Positions 36,645-49,944 are shown, numbered from the whole stretch's first letter. The stretch is 63,992 nucleotides of DNA, filler included, from Dimargaris cristalligena (GCA_003614675.1; 10 parts of 10 records of this genome joined end to end with filler, not necessarily neighbours in it); one strand, 5' to 3'. A program made the numbers and translations. Notes: generated by a model from the sequence alone, not told the origin.

Positions 36645-37911
36645 TTACACTCGCTCGGATGCGTATTTATGCACCCGGGGATACCAGCGGGACTGGGAAT
36701 CCATTTGGGGAACCACATGTGCCACCAGTCGGCCGACACATTCCTGAAGTTCATCGTAGACTGATTTAATTTGGTCCACATCCTCCTCTGACCAGATGGC
36801 ACATACTGCCTCGTCCACTGCTTCCGAGACGAGCTTGCCCTGTTTCAGCAGCTCATCTTGCCAGCCCACCTGCTCCGTCGAACCACTGCCACCTGTCCGA
36901 CTAAGCACCCCCTTGTCGATGGCACTGTACAGGCCCGGAAGTTTCTGAATATAGCTCAACATCTTCTGGGCAAACTCCTTTTTACTCGCCGACCAGGACC
37001 CCGCGTCAGTTACGTTTAACCCAAAGTTGTCGTCGAACTCGTCGGCGCCATCCTCCGATGAGGACTCGGGGGCAGCCAACGCTTCCGCCAGTTCCTGAGA
37101 CGCATCCGCTATCAGAGGGGCAACATCGGTGACCCACCGCTGGCGTACCGCTTGCAGATTGTTCTTGGACCCCGAGCGCAGCCCCTGGCAGGCATCCCAC
37201 GTAAGTTGCGATTGGCTAAGCACCCGCTGTTCCAGTTCCGCGCCAATAGGCCGCTGGGCCACCGACCGTTCAAAGGCCTGGCGAACGGAGTCCGCTACGT
37301 TGGATACGGCGGTCAGCAACCCCTGCACCAATCCGTAGTATTCGTCAAGCAGGGTGGCACCAGCCCCCGCCGGAAAGGTCTTAATAAAGGAGACAACTAG
37401 TGGCAAATGGTCTTTGATGAACCGATCGCACGAGACTTGGCCCAGGGAAGCGACGGCGACATTATTGAAGCTCAGGGCGATTTTGGTGCAGTCACTTTCC
37501 ATTTGAGTAGTCAGATCCTCTGTTTGAAAAATAACAATAGGCAAGGTACATACAATCATATTAGATACTGGTTTTAGTAGAGGGTGGCGGTCCACTATAC
37601 GTGATGGAGGCATGTAGGTCCTTAGTATCCTTTGCCGATAGGAGTCGAGAGCAGTTAAGTGTCCCCAAACCTGGCCAGTTGAACCCGGGAGAATGTCTGT
37701 CCTCGGGGGACAGCATTATATGGGTATATTGGTGGTTGAACTTACTCACAATTAACTCGAGCGTTTGACCTTCCGCATCTAGCTGGAGATTGGATTCCTG
37801 GTTATACCGGCGGAATCCCGGGTTCTCGACCAGAGACGCCAAAGCAGACCCCTGCTTGGCTAACTGGGCCAAGGAGGACTGGTAGCGAGCGATGGCCTCG
37901 GGGGTTACCAT
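36645..37911 (-). CDS. GCIP / cyclin-D1-binding protein 1 family protein (exons 37911-37746, 37519-36645)
   Basis: A GTAAGT...CAG intron joins ELIV-K-DLTTQ. Helical protein with CTKIALSF, GATL, TWDACQGL, N....QRW, IADASQEL, an acidic linker and SEAVDE, resembling GCIP_N/GCIP_C. Confidence 0.65.
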
Positions 37912-38812
37912 GTCGGGAATGAACTGACCAAGTAAGGTGGACAACGGCTGGGAGCTTGTACGGCAAATGTGAGAAGAGTAAAGTAGCCAACCTCTAATGG
38001 ACTTAACAAACAAATGTCTAGGGAATTCAAACAAGCTAGCCAAAGCGGTTATTTTAACGGAGGAGAAGGAAAAGAGGAAAGTGAAGACAGTGTAAACATT
38101 CTACTTGTTGGATACATTCAAGTAAAAAAAAATCACAGAAATAAAAAAATTGAATGTGGTCTTTAAATTATAATCAATTAAGTTGCTTTGGGATGGCCTA
38201 TTAAACCGATTATAGAGCAATATTTCCTAACTATTCTCTACTGACCCAGTTATAGAAAATCGGATAATACTACTCTTACCTGCATGACAATCATAAACCG
38301 TTTGTCGGCCTATGCTCTGAAATCACTTTTAAGGCCCCAATTTGAAGCGGGCCCAGTATAGTATTATAGATTTCTCCAGGAAGCTAAGCTGAGCTAACTT
38401 ACTCCCTTTCTAGACGGATAGTACTCGTGATCAGCCTGTGTGGTACGGCTTAAAGGCAGGTTTTCATATTCACCCAAAAGCAATCTAAAGTAGGTGGCGG
38501 CCATGTCTTATAAATGCAACTCGGGTTTCGATCATTAGCTTAACTTGGTCCGTCAAAATAGATATGGCTTGTTTACAGCCATAGGTGGGGAATACCACAT
38601 TAACCATCGCGTGAATTGAAAATACAGGAGCCCATATCCGGGACATTTACCCTTTAAAAAACACCTTAGCATAACAATCTCGACAATAAATCCCCCCTTT
38701 TTTTTGCAATACATAATTGAAGTACCACCAATAGACTCCCTGCTCAGAATGAACGATATTTAAATAATTATATAGATTCCTCTGCTAAGAATGGAAAGGG
38801 GCGATAAAAAAC

Positions 38813-38867
38813 ATATGGGTGAACTTCAAACCAGCTGTATAAGGTTTTACATAATACGTGTATGGGC
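38813..38867 (-). mobile_element. Partial MITE-like copy at contig end
   Basis: Reverse complement cccatacacgtatta...tacagctggtttgaagttcacccatat matches 19992-20045. Confidence 0.7.
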
Positions 38868-38967
38868 NNNNNNNNNNNNNNNNNNNNNNNNNNNNNNNNN
38901 NNNNNNNNNNNTTAATTAATTAANNNNNNNNNNNNNNNNNNNNNNNNNNNNNNNNNNNNNNNNNNNN
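38868..38967. other. Artificial contig spacer
   Basis: N44-TTAATTAATTAA-N44. Confidence 0.99.
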
Positions 38968-40335
38968 ACTAATAATAATATATTAAAAATAAAAAAAAAT
39001 ATAAAATAAACTTTATAAATTAATTTTTCATATTTTAAAAATTTTTTTTATAAAAAAAATTTTTTTTTTCAGCAAATAATAAAGTTTAAAGAGGGCCCTA
39101 TAAATTAAAAACTAAATATTATAAACTTAAATAATATTACAAAAAATAAAATCATCAAAATAATTTTATATAATAAAATTTAAATTATTAATAATATAAA
39201 ATAAAATTATAAAAAAAAATATTCATTTATAAAAAATTAATACTAAAAATAAAAAATAAAATAATAAATTTTTTTTATAAATAATTTCATTAGATAATTT
39301 TACTATTTTTAACAATTAAAAATAACAATTTATTATTTTTTATTTAAAGTAAAATAAATTATTCAATAAATTAAAAGAAAAAAAAAAGAATAAAAAAAAA
39401 ATAAAATAAAAAAAAATAAATATTTAATTTAAATACAATAAAAAAAAATAAAAAAACAAAATATTTAATTTATAAGTCATAAATAAAATAAAGTAAGATA
39501 TAATTACAAAAAAAATAAAGATTATCCAACTCAATTCTAAGTTATATTTTTCAACAAAAATTTATGTAATTACTTATTTATTAATTGATAATAGCAACTA
39601 AACCAAAACTAGAAAAAAATATACAAATAAATAATTTAATTTCTTCTAATAAAAAATTATTTGTACATAATCTAATAATAGAACCATCCCAATAATAATT
39701 ATCCATTATCTAATAAACCAAAATTCCCTATGGAAAGTTTTCATATTAATTTAATATTAGTAAAAATAATTTTAATTTTTGTTTCATTAAAATTAATATA
39801 CCATGATGTATATAATTAAATAATAAATAGAAAAATCTTTATAACAAACCAATATAAAGTTAGTTCTACTTATAATTTTTTAGAATATAATGTAAGAGAA
39901 GTAAAAGTACAAATAGAAAAATATATAACTTTTTTAAGATATTAAAAATATCTTCAATATTTTTAAAAATAAAAGTAAACTCTATTTAATAATTAGAACT
40001 AATATAAGTTAAATTTAAGAAAATATTTCAACATCATAGATACTTAATTAAAATCTTTTATAGAATCGAAGTAACACAATACTTAGATAAAGATTTAAAA
40101 TTTAAAAGAGAATTACTAGAAACTTATATTTCCTTAAATATTAAACCTTTATTAAAAAATACTAATAATATTGAAAAAATAAATATAACTCTAAAATACT
40201 CAATTTTAATTAAAAAAAGAACACCTATAACTAAAGACTGAATATTAATATTATAAACCCAAATTAAACTTAAAATAACAAACTTATAATAATAATTTCC
40301 TACCTTATAATAAAAATAAATAACAAATAAAACTG
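38968..40335 (-). ncRNA. nad5 intron 3 (after CDS nt 717), putative group I, runs off contig
   Basis: Follows exon ...GAG GGT (U-ending). The expected nad5 continuation PTPVSAL is absent, and a LAGLIDADG remnant lies inside. Confidence 0.7.
39500..40330 (-). pseudogene. Decayed LAGLIDADG homing endonuclease ORF in nad5 intron 3 (boundaries approximate)
   Basis: GILVY*IMDNYYWDGSIIRLCTNNFLLEEIKL (~39730-39635) resembles the LAxWIMDDG...LxTxxF..EE..L motif, with TAG replacing Trp. Confidence 0.6.
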
Positions 40336-43095
40336 ACCCTCCCGGGTTAAGGGCATTTATGGGATCCTAAAAATTTAATTTCTATAAACATTTTCAATGT
40401 AATTTTTAATTTTAAAACAATAACCATTTATTCATCAAAGAAAAATAATATATTTATTTCATAATAAATTAAAAAAATATTACAAAAATCTTTTAAAATA
40501 GAATTACCCATTCCGTGACTTATCATATTTTATATTTTCAGTCACTAAGCTTGCCTTTTCATTTAAAGTAATCGTTATACCAACAATCTGCTGTATTTTA
40601 GCGATTACACCACTTTCATGGCTGCCAGAGCACACCTTAACCGATAGTTTCTAAGGAAAATTAATCCTCACCGTCTCCTCTTCGGAGTCACTACGGCCAA
40701 ATCCATCTGCTCGTTGCTCTTTTCCAATAAATTCAAAACACATCTATAATGTGTCTTTAAAGATAATAAAATATTATCTTCAAATTATTAGGTTAGATCC
40801 GCGATTACCCATTTCCTATTACTAGGCTATACTATTTAAAATATATAATTTTTTTCTATTTATAATAATACTATAATGAAACCAATATTAAAATAATATT
40901 TTAGCTTTTATAATTAATATTATATATCAAAGAAACAAATTCAAAAGAATCTTTAAAATTAATTTATAGTACAATCCTCATACTTATTACATCTTACCAA
41001 ATTAATATATATATTTAAAATTGGACTTACCGTATTCATTACAATACGCCGCCTTAAAACTTTTCATTTAAGGTTTAGTATATGAGGCTTTAGGGGATAC
41101 CCGGAGTTTGGATTTGTATAGACCAATCCCCTCTTGCTTAAGGAGGGATAAATCGCATTAGGTAACCAAATATGTAATGGCATCTGTGCACTTTTTGCCA
41201 TAGCTCCTATTAATAATAATAAACAAATAATTAAAATAGCATTACTATTAATAATTGGAGTCATTGAAAAAATTGTTGAAAAATCTAAATTACCAAAAGT
41301 TAAAAACATAAAAAAAAGTCCTAAACTAAATCCTAAATCACCTACTCTATTAACTAATATAGCTTGAATTGCTGCTTTATTAGCTTGTAATCTTCTAAAC
41401 CAAAAATTGATTAATAAATAACTGCAAATACCAACACCTTCCCACTTTATTATTATTAAAAAGATTTTTTTTTTTAGCCATTAACTATATTTGAATTTAA
41501 AGTAATAGATAGTAATTATAAAAAAAAGATAAGTGGATATAAAAGAAAAGGGAATTAAGAATAAAAAAAAAAGAACACGAAATCCAAGATTGAAAAATAA
41601 AAATTTGAAATATAAACTAAAATTAAAATAAATATGTTAATTAATTTTATAAGACATAGAAAAATGTATATAAGAAGATGTTAATAATTTAATTTTGACT
41701 AATTCTCGTTTTGATATCAAAATTACCCATTGTTTAGATCTTCTCAATATAACCTTTCATACCATATTAAATTTTTTTCTTAAAACTGAAGCTAATAATT
41801 CAACTTTTACTCATTTCGTAAATCTTAATATGTAATAATAACTCTCCCCGAAAATTTCTCCTACCATAATCCATAATCCAAAAAACTAAACCAACATTAA
41901 TTAATAATTTCTTAATGTTTTAAGAAATAATTTAAAATTTATTAGGATAAAATAATTCATGATACTTATTAAAATAAGGAAAAGCTAATGTTTTAAAAAT
42001 TAAACTATCGTAAATCAAATCAATTTTTTTATCTAGTTTCCAATTAGTAAAAGTAGGAGATATTCCAATAAAAGGTTCAAATAAGCTGTATAGATAATAT
42101 AAGTAATCTGAATATTTATAATGTATTTCAGCACAAACTAATCTAGTATAACCATTAGCCTTTTATCAATTGACATAAACATTTTTTAAAATTAATCCAA
42201 TTAATGCTTCTTCTAAAAACAAAATTAATTTCATATATTGTTTATAAAATTTAGAATATTTAAGATTTTTTAGATTTATAAATATAATAGAACCATTTCC
42301 ACCAGAAGTTGTATTCATATTTAAAAAATTATAAAAACAAATAAACATCAGCATCCTAAAATATAAAATATAAAATATTATTAAATTCAAAAAAAAATCT
42401 ACTAATAATAAAAATTTCCCCACTTAACTTATTTAAGAAAAGGGAGGTTATATAAGGATTATAAATCAAAAATCACTATAGCGATTTTTTATCATGTTTA
42501 ATCTCTGAGGAAATAATTAATTAAACCCTAAAGCAACGCTTTGGACTTCCAACTTATATCCTGCTGATTACCCTTTATACCTAAAAGAGTTCAACAAAGT
42601 TAAACTTTTTTTAAGGGTGTTCCAGCAAATAATGATTATTTTAAAAATTTATGAATGCATAATTCCATAGGCCGGGCAACCTACAAATAAAATAAGAAAA
42701 TTATTAGCTGTAACTAAAAGAATCATAAAAAAAGTAAATAATGATAAATAAGAAAAAAATCTTGGGATATGTGCATCATTTGACATATATCCTATAGAAT
42801 AAAGATGTACACATGAAGATACATAAATAACAGGAATTAACATAGATACAGTTAAACTATCTAATTGAAAACTCCAAGATAATTGTATACTTTCTGAATC
42901 TAACCAATTAAATAATACTATGGATAATGGTGACTCATTAAGACCAACCTCTATAAACGAGATAGTAACTAAAATAGCAGTAAAGCAAATAAAAAAGCAA
43001 CTCAAAAATTTTACTCCTGAAAGACCTATAGATCTAGCAGAAAATCCAGAGATAATAGCACTTATTAAAGGGAGAAATATAATAGTTAAATACAT
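40336..43095 (-). CDS. nad5: NADH dehydrogenase subunit 5, 5' part (exons 43095-42679, 41444-41152, 40342-40336)
   Basis: [10 protein letters not shown]...DSLTVSML...[14 protein letters not shown]...LFVG | [15 protein letters not shown]...NRVGD...[19 protein letters not shown] | EG. Cumulative exon lengths are 417, 710 and 717 nt. Confidence 0.95.
40343..41151 (-). ncRNA. nad5 intron 2 (after CDS nt 710), group I, 809 nt, no ORF evident
   Basis: Upstream exon ends in U and the intron ends in G. GC-richer core segments: ccaaactccggg, ggtaatcgcggatct, gagcaacgagcagatgg, aaggtgtgctct. Confidence 0.8.
41445..42678 (-). ncRNA. nad5 intron 1 (after CDS nt 417), group I, 1234 nt
   Basis: Exon ends GGU and the intron ends in G. 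P/Q/R/S-like elements: atttgctggaa, aatcagcagg, tcagagatta, aaatatagtt. Confidence 0.85.
41700..42423 (-). pseudogene. Decayed LAGLIDADG homing endonuclease ORF in nad5 intron 1 (boundaries approximate)
   Basis: EEALIGLIL... interrupted by TGA-TAA, then [18 protein letters not shown] and [10 protein letters not shown]-like segments across frameshifts. Confidence 0.65.
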
Positions 43096-45343
43096 AAATT
43101 AATCATAATAAAAAATTTTTTTTCAAACTTCATTATTCTATTAAAAAATTAACCACCACTCTTTAAGGTAGTATAATTAAATATATTACATAAATATATA
43201 AAGAAAAATATATCTCCCACTAAAAAAAAATTAAGTGGGAGATCTCAATAATTATTAATATTTAAATATCTTTAAGCATAAATCAAAAATTTTTTTTCCT
43301 AAAAAAAGAAATATTTTTCACATACATCTTAAAAAATGATCGAAGATCAAGGTATACAAGTCTTTTAAGTATTTAAAAAAAATTATTTTTTTTATTAATT
43401 ATTTGTTTATAACAAAAATAAAAAAATTTTTTTATAATCTAACTTAAATATTAAATTAAAAAATTTTATATTAATTTAATATATTATCAATTATATTTTT
43501 AATCACTAAAAATCATTTATATCTCCTATAAATAAAATTATTAAATTTATTTTATATTATATTATATTATATTATATTATATTTAAAATTAATATATCAT
43601 TATTTAAATAATTTATATAATTTAAAATATCTTAACTTACTTACGTAAGCTGATATTATAAATTATATTATAAATTATAAAATAATTACTTAAAAATAAA
43701 AAATAACTTAAAATATGTTATACACATTATTAAAATTTAAAATAAAAAAAAAATTAAATATTATTATTATATATTAAATAATATTAAAATATAACTTATT
43801 ATAAAAATTATTAAAATTATAAAAAATATTAAATAATTTATATCTAAAATATAATTAATATAAATAAATTATTTATAACATAATAAAGTTATACTTATTT
43901 ATAATTAAATATAATTTATAAAAATAATTACTATATTAAAAATAAAATAATTTTATATGTTATATATCTAATTTTCAGTAATAAATATTAAATAAATTAT
44001 TAATAAAATTAATACAATTTGTACTAAAGATAAAACTTTATAATAATTATAAATTTAAATTAAAAATATAATATAATATTATTATTATAAATAGTAAAAT
44101 ATAATTTATTAAAATAATAAAAATAATTATAATATTTTTAATAAAATAATTTTATATATTTAATTAATAATTATAAATATAATTTATATAATTAATTTAA
44201 TTATATTTATATAATTTAATTAAAGAAACAATTTCATTGTAAAAAAAAATATTAATTTGAAATATTATATAATATAATTTCAGTAAATAATTAAATTCAA
44301 TTAATAAGAATAATAAAAATAATTATAATATTAAAAATATAAAAATTTTGTATATTATTAATTTATTTTATAGTAACAAATATAATTTTTATAATTATTT
44401 TATAATTTTTCTTATTTAAAATCTTTTTATATAATTTAGTTATAATTATTAAATTTCAAATAAATCTATAATTAAAAATAAAAAAATAAATATATATATA
44501 TCTAATAAAAATTAATAATTTTTATTTAAAAATATAAGAATAAATACTATAAAGATTAAAAAAACTATTTAAAATTTTTTATTATTTTTTTTTATATAGA
44601 AATTTTTAAAATATTTAAAATATTTCAAAAGTTTTAAAAAATCTATCTACATTGATTAAATTGATTATAAAAAGAAATTAAAAAATAATATTAAATTTAT
44701 AACCTTTATAATATTCATTAAAATAAGCACTAAAATTAATAACTAAACCAATATATAAATTATCATTTTAAATACAATATATATTATAATATATTTTAAA
44801 AAGTAAGGGAAAAGAATATTAAGTATAAAAAATTATATATTTAAATAAAAAAGATTATTAATAATAATTTATAATTCTATAATATCAATATCATTATAAT
44901 TAAAATAATCATTTCCACTATCATTATTACTATCAAAAGGAAAATAATTAAAATTATAAAAAATATCAAAATCACCATTTTTCATTAAATTATTTACTAT
45001 TAAAATAATTTGAATATTAATACCATATTATTTAAGAACTAAAAAAAAATTTTTTACAATAAAAATATCATTACTATAAAAATAAAGAAAAATAATATTA
45101 TCATAATAATTATAATATAAATTTAAAAATAAATATAATAACTATTCTAGAAAAATATATTATATAACATTATTATTAATATCTCTTAAAAAAATTCTAA
45201 AATTCTTATTTATTAAAAATAATAATAAATATAAATTATATAACAAATTTATAAAATAAAGATAACCTATTCCAATAAAACCACTACTTAAAATAGTTAT
45301 ATTATATAAATTATTAATTAAAGTAACAGCATTAATTATATCT

Positions 45344-45443
45344 NNNNNNNNNNNNNNNNNNNNNNNNNNNNNNNNNNNNNNNNNNNNTTAATTAATTAAN
45401 NNNNNNNNNNNNNNNNNNNNNNNNNNNNNNNNNNNNNNNNNNN
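45344..45443. other. Artificial contig spacer
   Basis: N44-TTAATTAATTAA-N44. Confidence 0.99.
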
Positions 45444-45496
45444 AGAGCGTGAGACTCTTAATCTCAAGGTTGCGGGTTCGACCCCCGCATTGGGCT
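45444..45496 (+). tRNA. tRNA-Lys(CTT), 5'-truncated by contig start
   Basis: Anticodon arm TGAGA-CT-CTT-AA-TCTCA, T arm GCGGG-TTCGACC-CCCGC, 3' acceptor strand ATTGGGC, then a T-run Pol III terminator. Confidence 0.92.
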
Positions 45497-47737
45497 TTCA
45501 TTTTTAATTCTAAGATTATTTTTGGTGCCGATTGCACTCAAACCCCAGGGTAGTCAAGCGTTTAGATAATAATGGTATGACTTACTGGGAGCTTAGTTTT
45601 GGTTATCCGTCGAATAATTTGTCGGAAGTGAGAATAGTCCCCCTTTTTTTATTTCTGGAATTGCAAATCGCCCCTTTCAGCAAATTGAAGAGATACTCTT
45701 CAATAAAACGAGGTCAGTATAGTGTTTCAGCACCGTTTGGCTATTATGGTCTATTGCTGGATCAGCCGGCTCTCTACAGCGACCACCATACGGGTTTAAA
45801 AATATGATAATACATAGAGTAGCGATCCTGTGTTTGAATAAGATAGAGAGAACATCTATATATTTTCGGGTGGGGGTTGCTGCTTTTATTATCCTTTATC
45901 AACTCTTTGTACATTCTGTGGTCCAGTAATTCCTACACCTTATTAGCGATGTTCCTATATTGGTTACAATGAAAGAGTCAGATACTGAAGCCATTTATTT
46001 AGAAAACTAGGCTATCACTGTTCTAAAGTTCTATTACAGGCCTGGGCAATCCCGTGGGAACCATAATTGTAGGTAGATGTGATGGCCATGATAAGCAGCT
46101 TTAGATTTTCTTGACATGTTAGCCATAGTTTGTTTTAGGAATCCTAGACCACAAGGCTAAGTTTTTTATGTATTTATTTGGGGGGTCACTAGTGGAATGA
46201 CTACCAATTTAGGTATTCTTTGGAAAGGTAATGGCTGTAATTTAATGCGGTTTTCATTCAATAATGGAGCTTTTTATTCATTGTGTTTCTTTAGATGTGG
46301 TATACCTTAGTATGGCTACATTTCGGGGCTAGCGAGTGAGTGGTGGGTAGTCAAATATCTGATCATTGACCTGAGAGTGACTCTAATCCATTGTAGCCAT
46401 GTGGAACCCACAGTCGGTTGGGTTTTTGATGCGTACGAGATAAAAACCAAAACAAATAATACCCACACTATACTCTGACAATTATACGCCCAGTGTGTTG
46501 CAGTACCGATACTTTCCTTTGTCTTTTTCCCCCAGTTCTCCTAAAGGAAATGCACGGTGCAACTTGTGGCAGTCCACCAATTACTGACTACCCGTTTGGT
46601 GTAATACTCTTAAATGTTTGGCCAGCAAGTCGACTTAATTGGAAACTGTTGTATGACCTAGTTATATCCCCTTTCCCATTTATACCCACCCACCCTGGCA
46701 TTAAGAAAATGTGGCTCGATTGTAATGACTGTATCTTTCTTTTCCCAGGTAGATGCTGTTCCCCCCTCGCCCTGCGAATAAGGATCAACCTGGGTAAATA
46801 TGGTTGGGTGATTAAGAATCTTAACCGGTTGCACATTCTACAACCTATTGGGCAGCAACACCAAAGATGGATCACCCCAGGCGTAACCTTTCTCACCCAT
46901 AGTTCTTCGGACTGGAAAGAAGGTTGGGGAAAAAAGCTGTTGTTGGTAGTCCTGGGGGTGTCCCTCTACCCTCTTAATTCCTTGAAAGGCAGCGGTTGAT
47001 GGAGACTGAATAGAGAGGGAGGATATGGTCAAAGTACCCATGGTTTGTGTGGGGGTCGGTAACCCTGAGGACTACGATCGGCTAAGTACACCATCGCAAA
47101 TAGTAAGATTGGCATTAAGTCCATGAAATCCCCAGTCGGCTAAGTGACAAGTGAATATATAAAAAAGGGGGGAGGATTGTGGTATACCAACATGACGAGA
47201 GAGAGAAACTCCCACACACACACACGCACTGAAGTAAAATAGGCCAGTGTTGTTTTAGCGCAACTCAAGCCCGCGTTATAAAGGCAGATTTACCCCCCAC
47301 GAATTAAATGGTCGGCGAGTCTGCTCACATCGAATCCCAGCGACGCTGATTTCGGTTGTTAATCTGTTCCGTCCCAACACTGTATGATTTTCTCATGCTT
47401 ACCTTTCCTGACCATTTGATAGACCAAGGTTTAAATCGGCACAGGCAAGAGGCCATTATCGACTGGCCACTGCATTATCCGGGAATAATTATTTATACCT
47501 AATGCCTCCCCCCTCCCACTTCTATTTTCTGATTCTTTATATCCATCCGCTTTCTTCATCACCTCTCTTTTAGTGTACCTTAGTTTATATTTAGTGTTTG
47601 CTAGCACAATTACTTTTAATTAATTTATTTCCCCAGCCACTTCCATTACATTGCCTTGATTATTCCATATTGTTAACTCGAGGTGTTTATTAAGCATACC
47701 CCTCCCCTTCCTCCCCCGATTCCGTGTCGAGCCTTTC

Positions 47738-48838
47738 ATGTCGCTTCTACTACCACGGGAGGCCAAAGCCGTACCTCAGTTCGACCCTTTCGGGCCCTGG
47801 GACATGGCCAGTATTATCATCGGCTGCATTTGGTATTTCGTTGATTTCATCGTTATTGCTGTTATTCTTTGGAAACGTTCCTCTTACCTCCCTTTCCGCG
47901 TCAAAAATGTGCCCCTTCTCGCTGCTCTCCAAATATCTGGTCTCTTTTTTTGGCTTTTCCCTTTAATCTCCTACAATACGCGGTCCCTCGTCTACCCTTG
48001 GGTCACGTGCTATTTCCTCGTACCCTTTCTCTCCTTCGGCCTAGGTATCTATTTATACCTCAGTATTATGAATTACCGCCTCTATATTCTGTACTGGTTG
48101 ATTGTCCGGAAACGGCCGCTAGGGGGTTGGTTATACCACGCGCTGTTTTCCCTGGTTTGGCTGCCGGTGCTTTTATTCGTCATTATAACGGCGGCGAACC
48201 CCTCTTTCGTCGGAACCACGACGGGTAATCGGAACCCCGGCATTTGCACCTATCCCGGACCCATGCAAACCTTCATGAGCGTAGTACTCAACTACCTAGC
48301 TGCCGTCGCCATCATCATCAACATTCTGATCCGAAATATCCGGAAAACCTTCAACGAATACCGGGAGACTCTATTAAGTACTATTGCGTTAGTTGCCATG
48401 GCCATTTTCATCGGGGTATCCAACTGGCAGTATCTGCCTTTTTACTCGTGGGGCCGCTTTGTGACCTCCACAGTCACCCTCCTGACGGTTCATGTGTACT
48501 TTTGGACCATGTTGGCCCGACCCCTCTACGCGTACCTCTTTAACCGGGAGGCTTACTTGGTGACCTTCAAGGAACATTTAAGTCGCGACGGATTTAGCCA
48601 CTTCGCTTCAAATAGTAATCGGTCCCGGTCGGTGGATACCACGGTCCTTGGGATATCAGGATCTTCTCGGAGTAGATCGGTACCGGACCCTCAGGACAAT
48701 ATGGCCCACCATATTCCACAAGGCCATGACCAGTGCAGTTCGTTGTATGCCACGGAGGTGTCCGAGGTGGAATTGACGGATGTTAAGTCTCTATTTAAGC
48801 CACTCCAGCCGATGAGTGAAAAGAACTACATTCCATGA
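47738..48838 (+). CDS. Seven-transmembrane GPCR-like protein (class C / 7tm_3-like), no ectodomain, intronless
   Basis: About seven hydrophobic segments. KRSSYLPFRVKN follows TM1, Cys residues sit at the start of TM3 and in ECL2, and RNIRKTFNEYRE lies between TM5 and TM6. The tail is Ser-rich. Confidence 0.7.
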   Translation: MSLLLPREAKAVPQFDPFGPWDMASIIIGCIWYFVDFIVIAVILWKRSSYLPFRVKNVPLLAALQISGLFFWLFPLISYNTRSLVYPWVTCYFLVPFLSFGLGIYLYLSIMNYRLYILYWLIVRKRPLGGWLYHALFSLVWLPVLLFVIITAANPSFVGTTTGNRNPGICTYPGPMQTFMSVVLNYLAAVAIIINILIRNIRKTFNEYRETLLSTIALVAMAIFIGVSNWQYLPFYSWGRFVTSTVTLLTVHVYFWTMLARPLYAYLFNREAYLVTFKEHLSRDGFSHFASNSNRSRSVDTTVLGISGSSRSRSVPDPQDNMAHHIPQGHDQCSSLYATEVSEVELTDVKSLFKPLQPMSEKNYIP

Positions 48839-49944
48839 CTCTTCACATACAGTTATCTTTACTATTCAGTTAAAAAAGGGTAGCTCCCCTAAATTGTACA
48901 ATTTTAGTGGTTAATATGCTAGTGTGAATAATAAATGTGGAAATAGCTCAGTGGATCCGGTATGTTACATTTATCGATTCTCTCATATCAAGTATTGCTC
49001 TTCATAATAAATTATATATTCCCCGAAGTACCCCCACCTGTCAAAATACAGAGAACTGTTGGTAAAAGATCAACTAATGAACGTACTGGGCCACCCTTTC
49101 TAAAGCTATTATTGGATGAAAAACCATGCGTTTAACGTGTTAGATAAGTCACTCTGGTCACATCACTCCTATACCGAAATTATGAAAGGCGATGTTGCAA
49201 TCCACTCAGCTATATAAAAAGCAACTCACTGGTTAAGTAGGGTTTGCCAGAATATACAAATGGCGGATAGTGATCCTGCGGATATTTCGTTCAGAATTGT
49301 ATAGAATCGTGGTAAAAATATGCTGTATTATTTACATCTAACAAAGACAAACTAAAAGGCTGAATATAGTAGATACACCAAAATTTAGGATACGACAGCT
49401 TGGCTCTATAAAAAAAAATCTACATTATATCTTCTCCATCTAGTTTACTGCAATAGCTGGCCAGATTATCCATTTCACATTATTATATATCACGACCGTC
49501 GCCTTCGGTCTCACGCTTTCACTACAAAGTAATTAAATTATTGATCAAACAATGAATTGGGCGAATTGGGCGCTTGGTTTATATTAATGCTGTCAATATG
49601 GCTTTATATGATCACCTTTTCAATCTTTGGAACATAATGGGGTTTTTTACTACATAACTGGGTCACGGATAACCACCAATTCCACATCTTCATCATTACA
49701 GGTACCCCCACAAGTAAATAGGCACGCCAAGGCTTGGCAGGGTGTGGCTATGAATATGCTGTAAAATATGATAGTAATCATGAAAACAGCGGCACCTAGA
49801 CATGCCCCGCAGGTGTTGGACCCACACTGATCTTCTGCATTCTCACAAGGGTAGATACACTAAGCTACATATTCACCATCCAAATGGCAGTGTAGTTTAG
49901 TCTAAGGCGAACTACTATCCCGCTCAGCGAGGCTATTATTAGCT

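Larger units (their letters stand above)
38968..45343. other. Mitochondrial-type contig (mtDNA or recent NUMT)
   Basis: Extremely AT-rich throughout; carries nad5 exons and group I introns. Confidence 0.92.

Noticed and set aside
36408-37633. U12-type donor-like GTATCCTT motifs (36408, 37625; also 6604)
   Set aside because: Not at any modelled exon boundary; they are intergenic or antisense to the gene.
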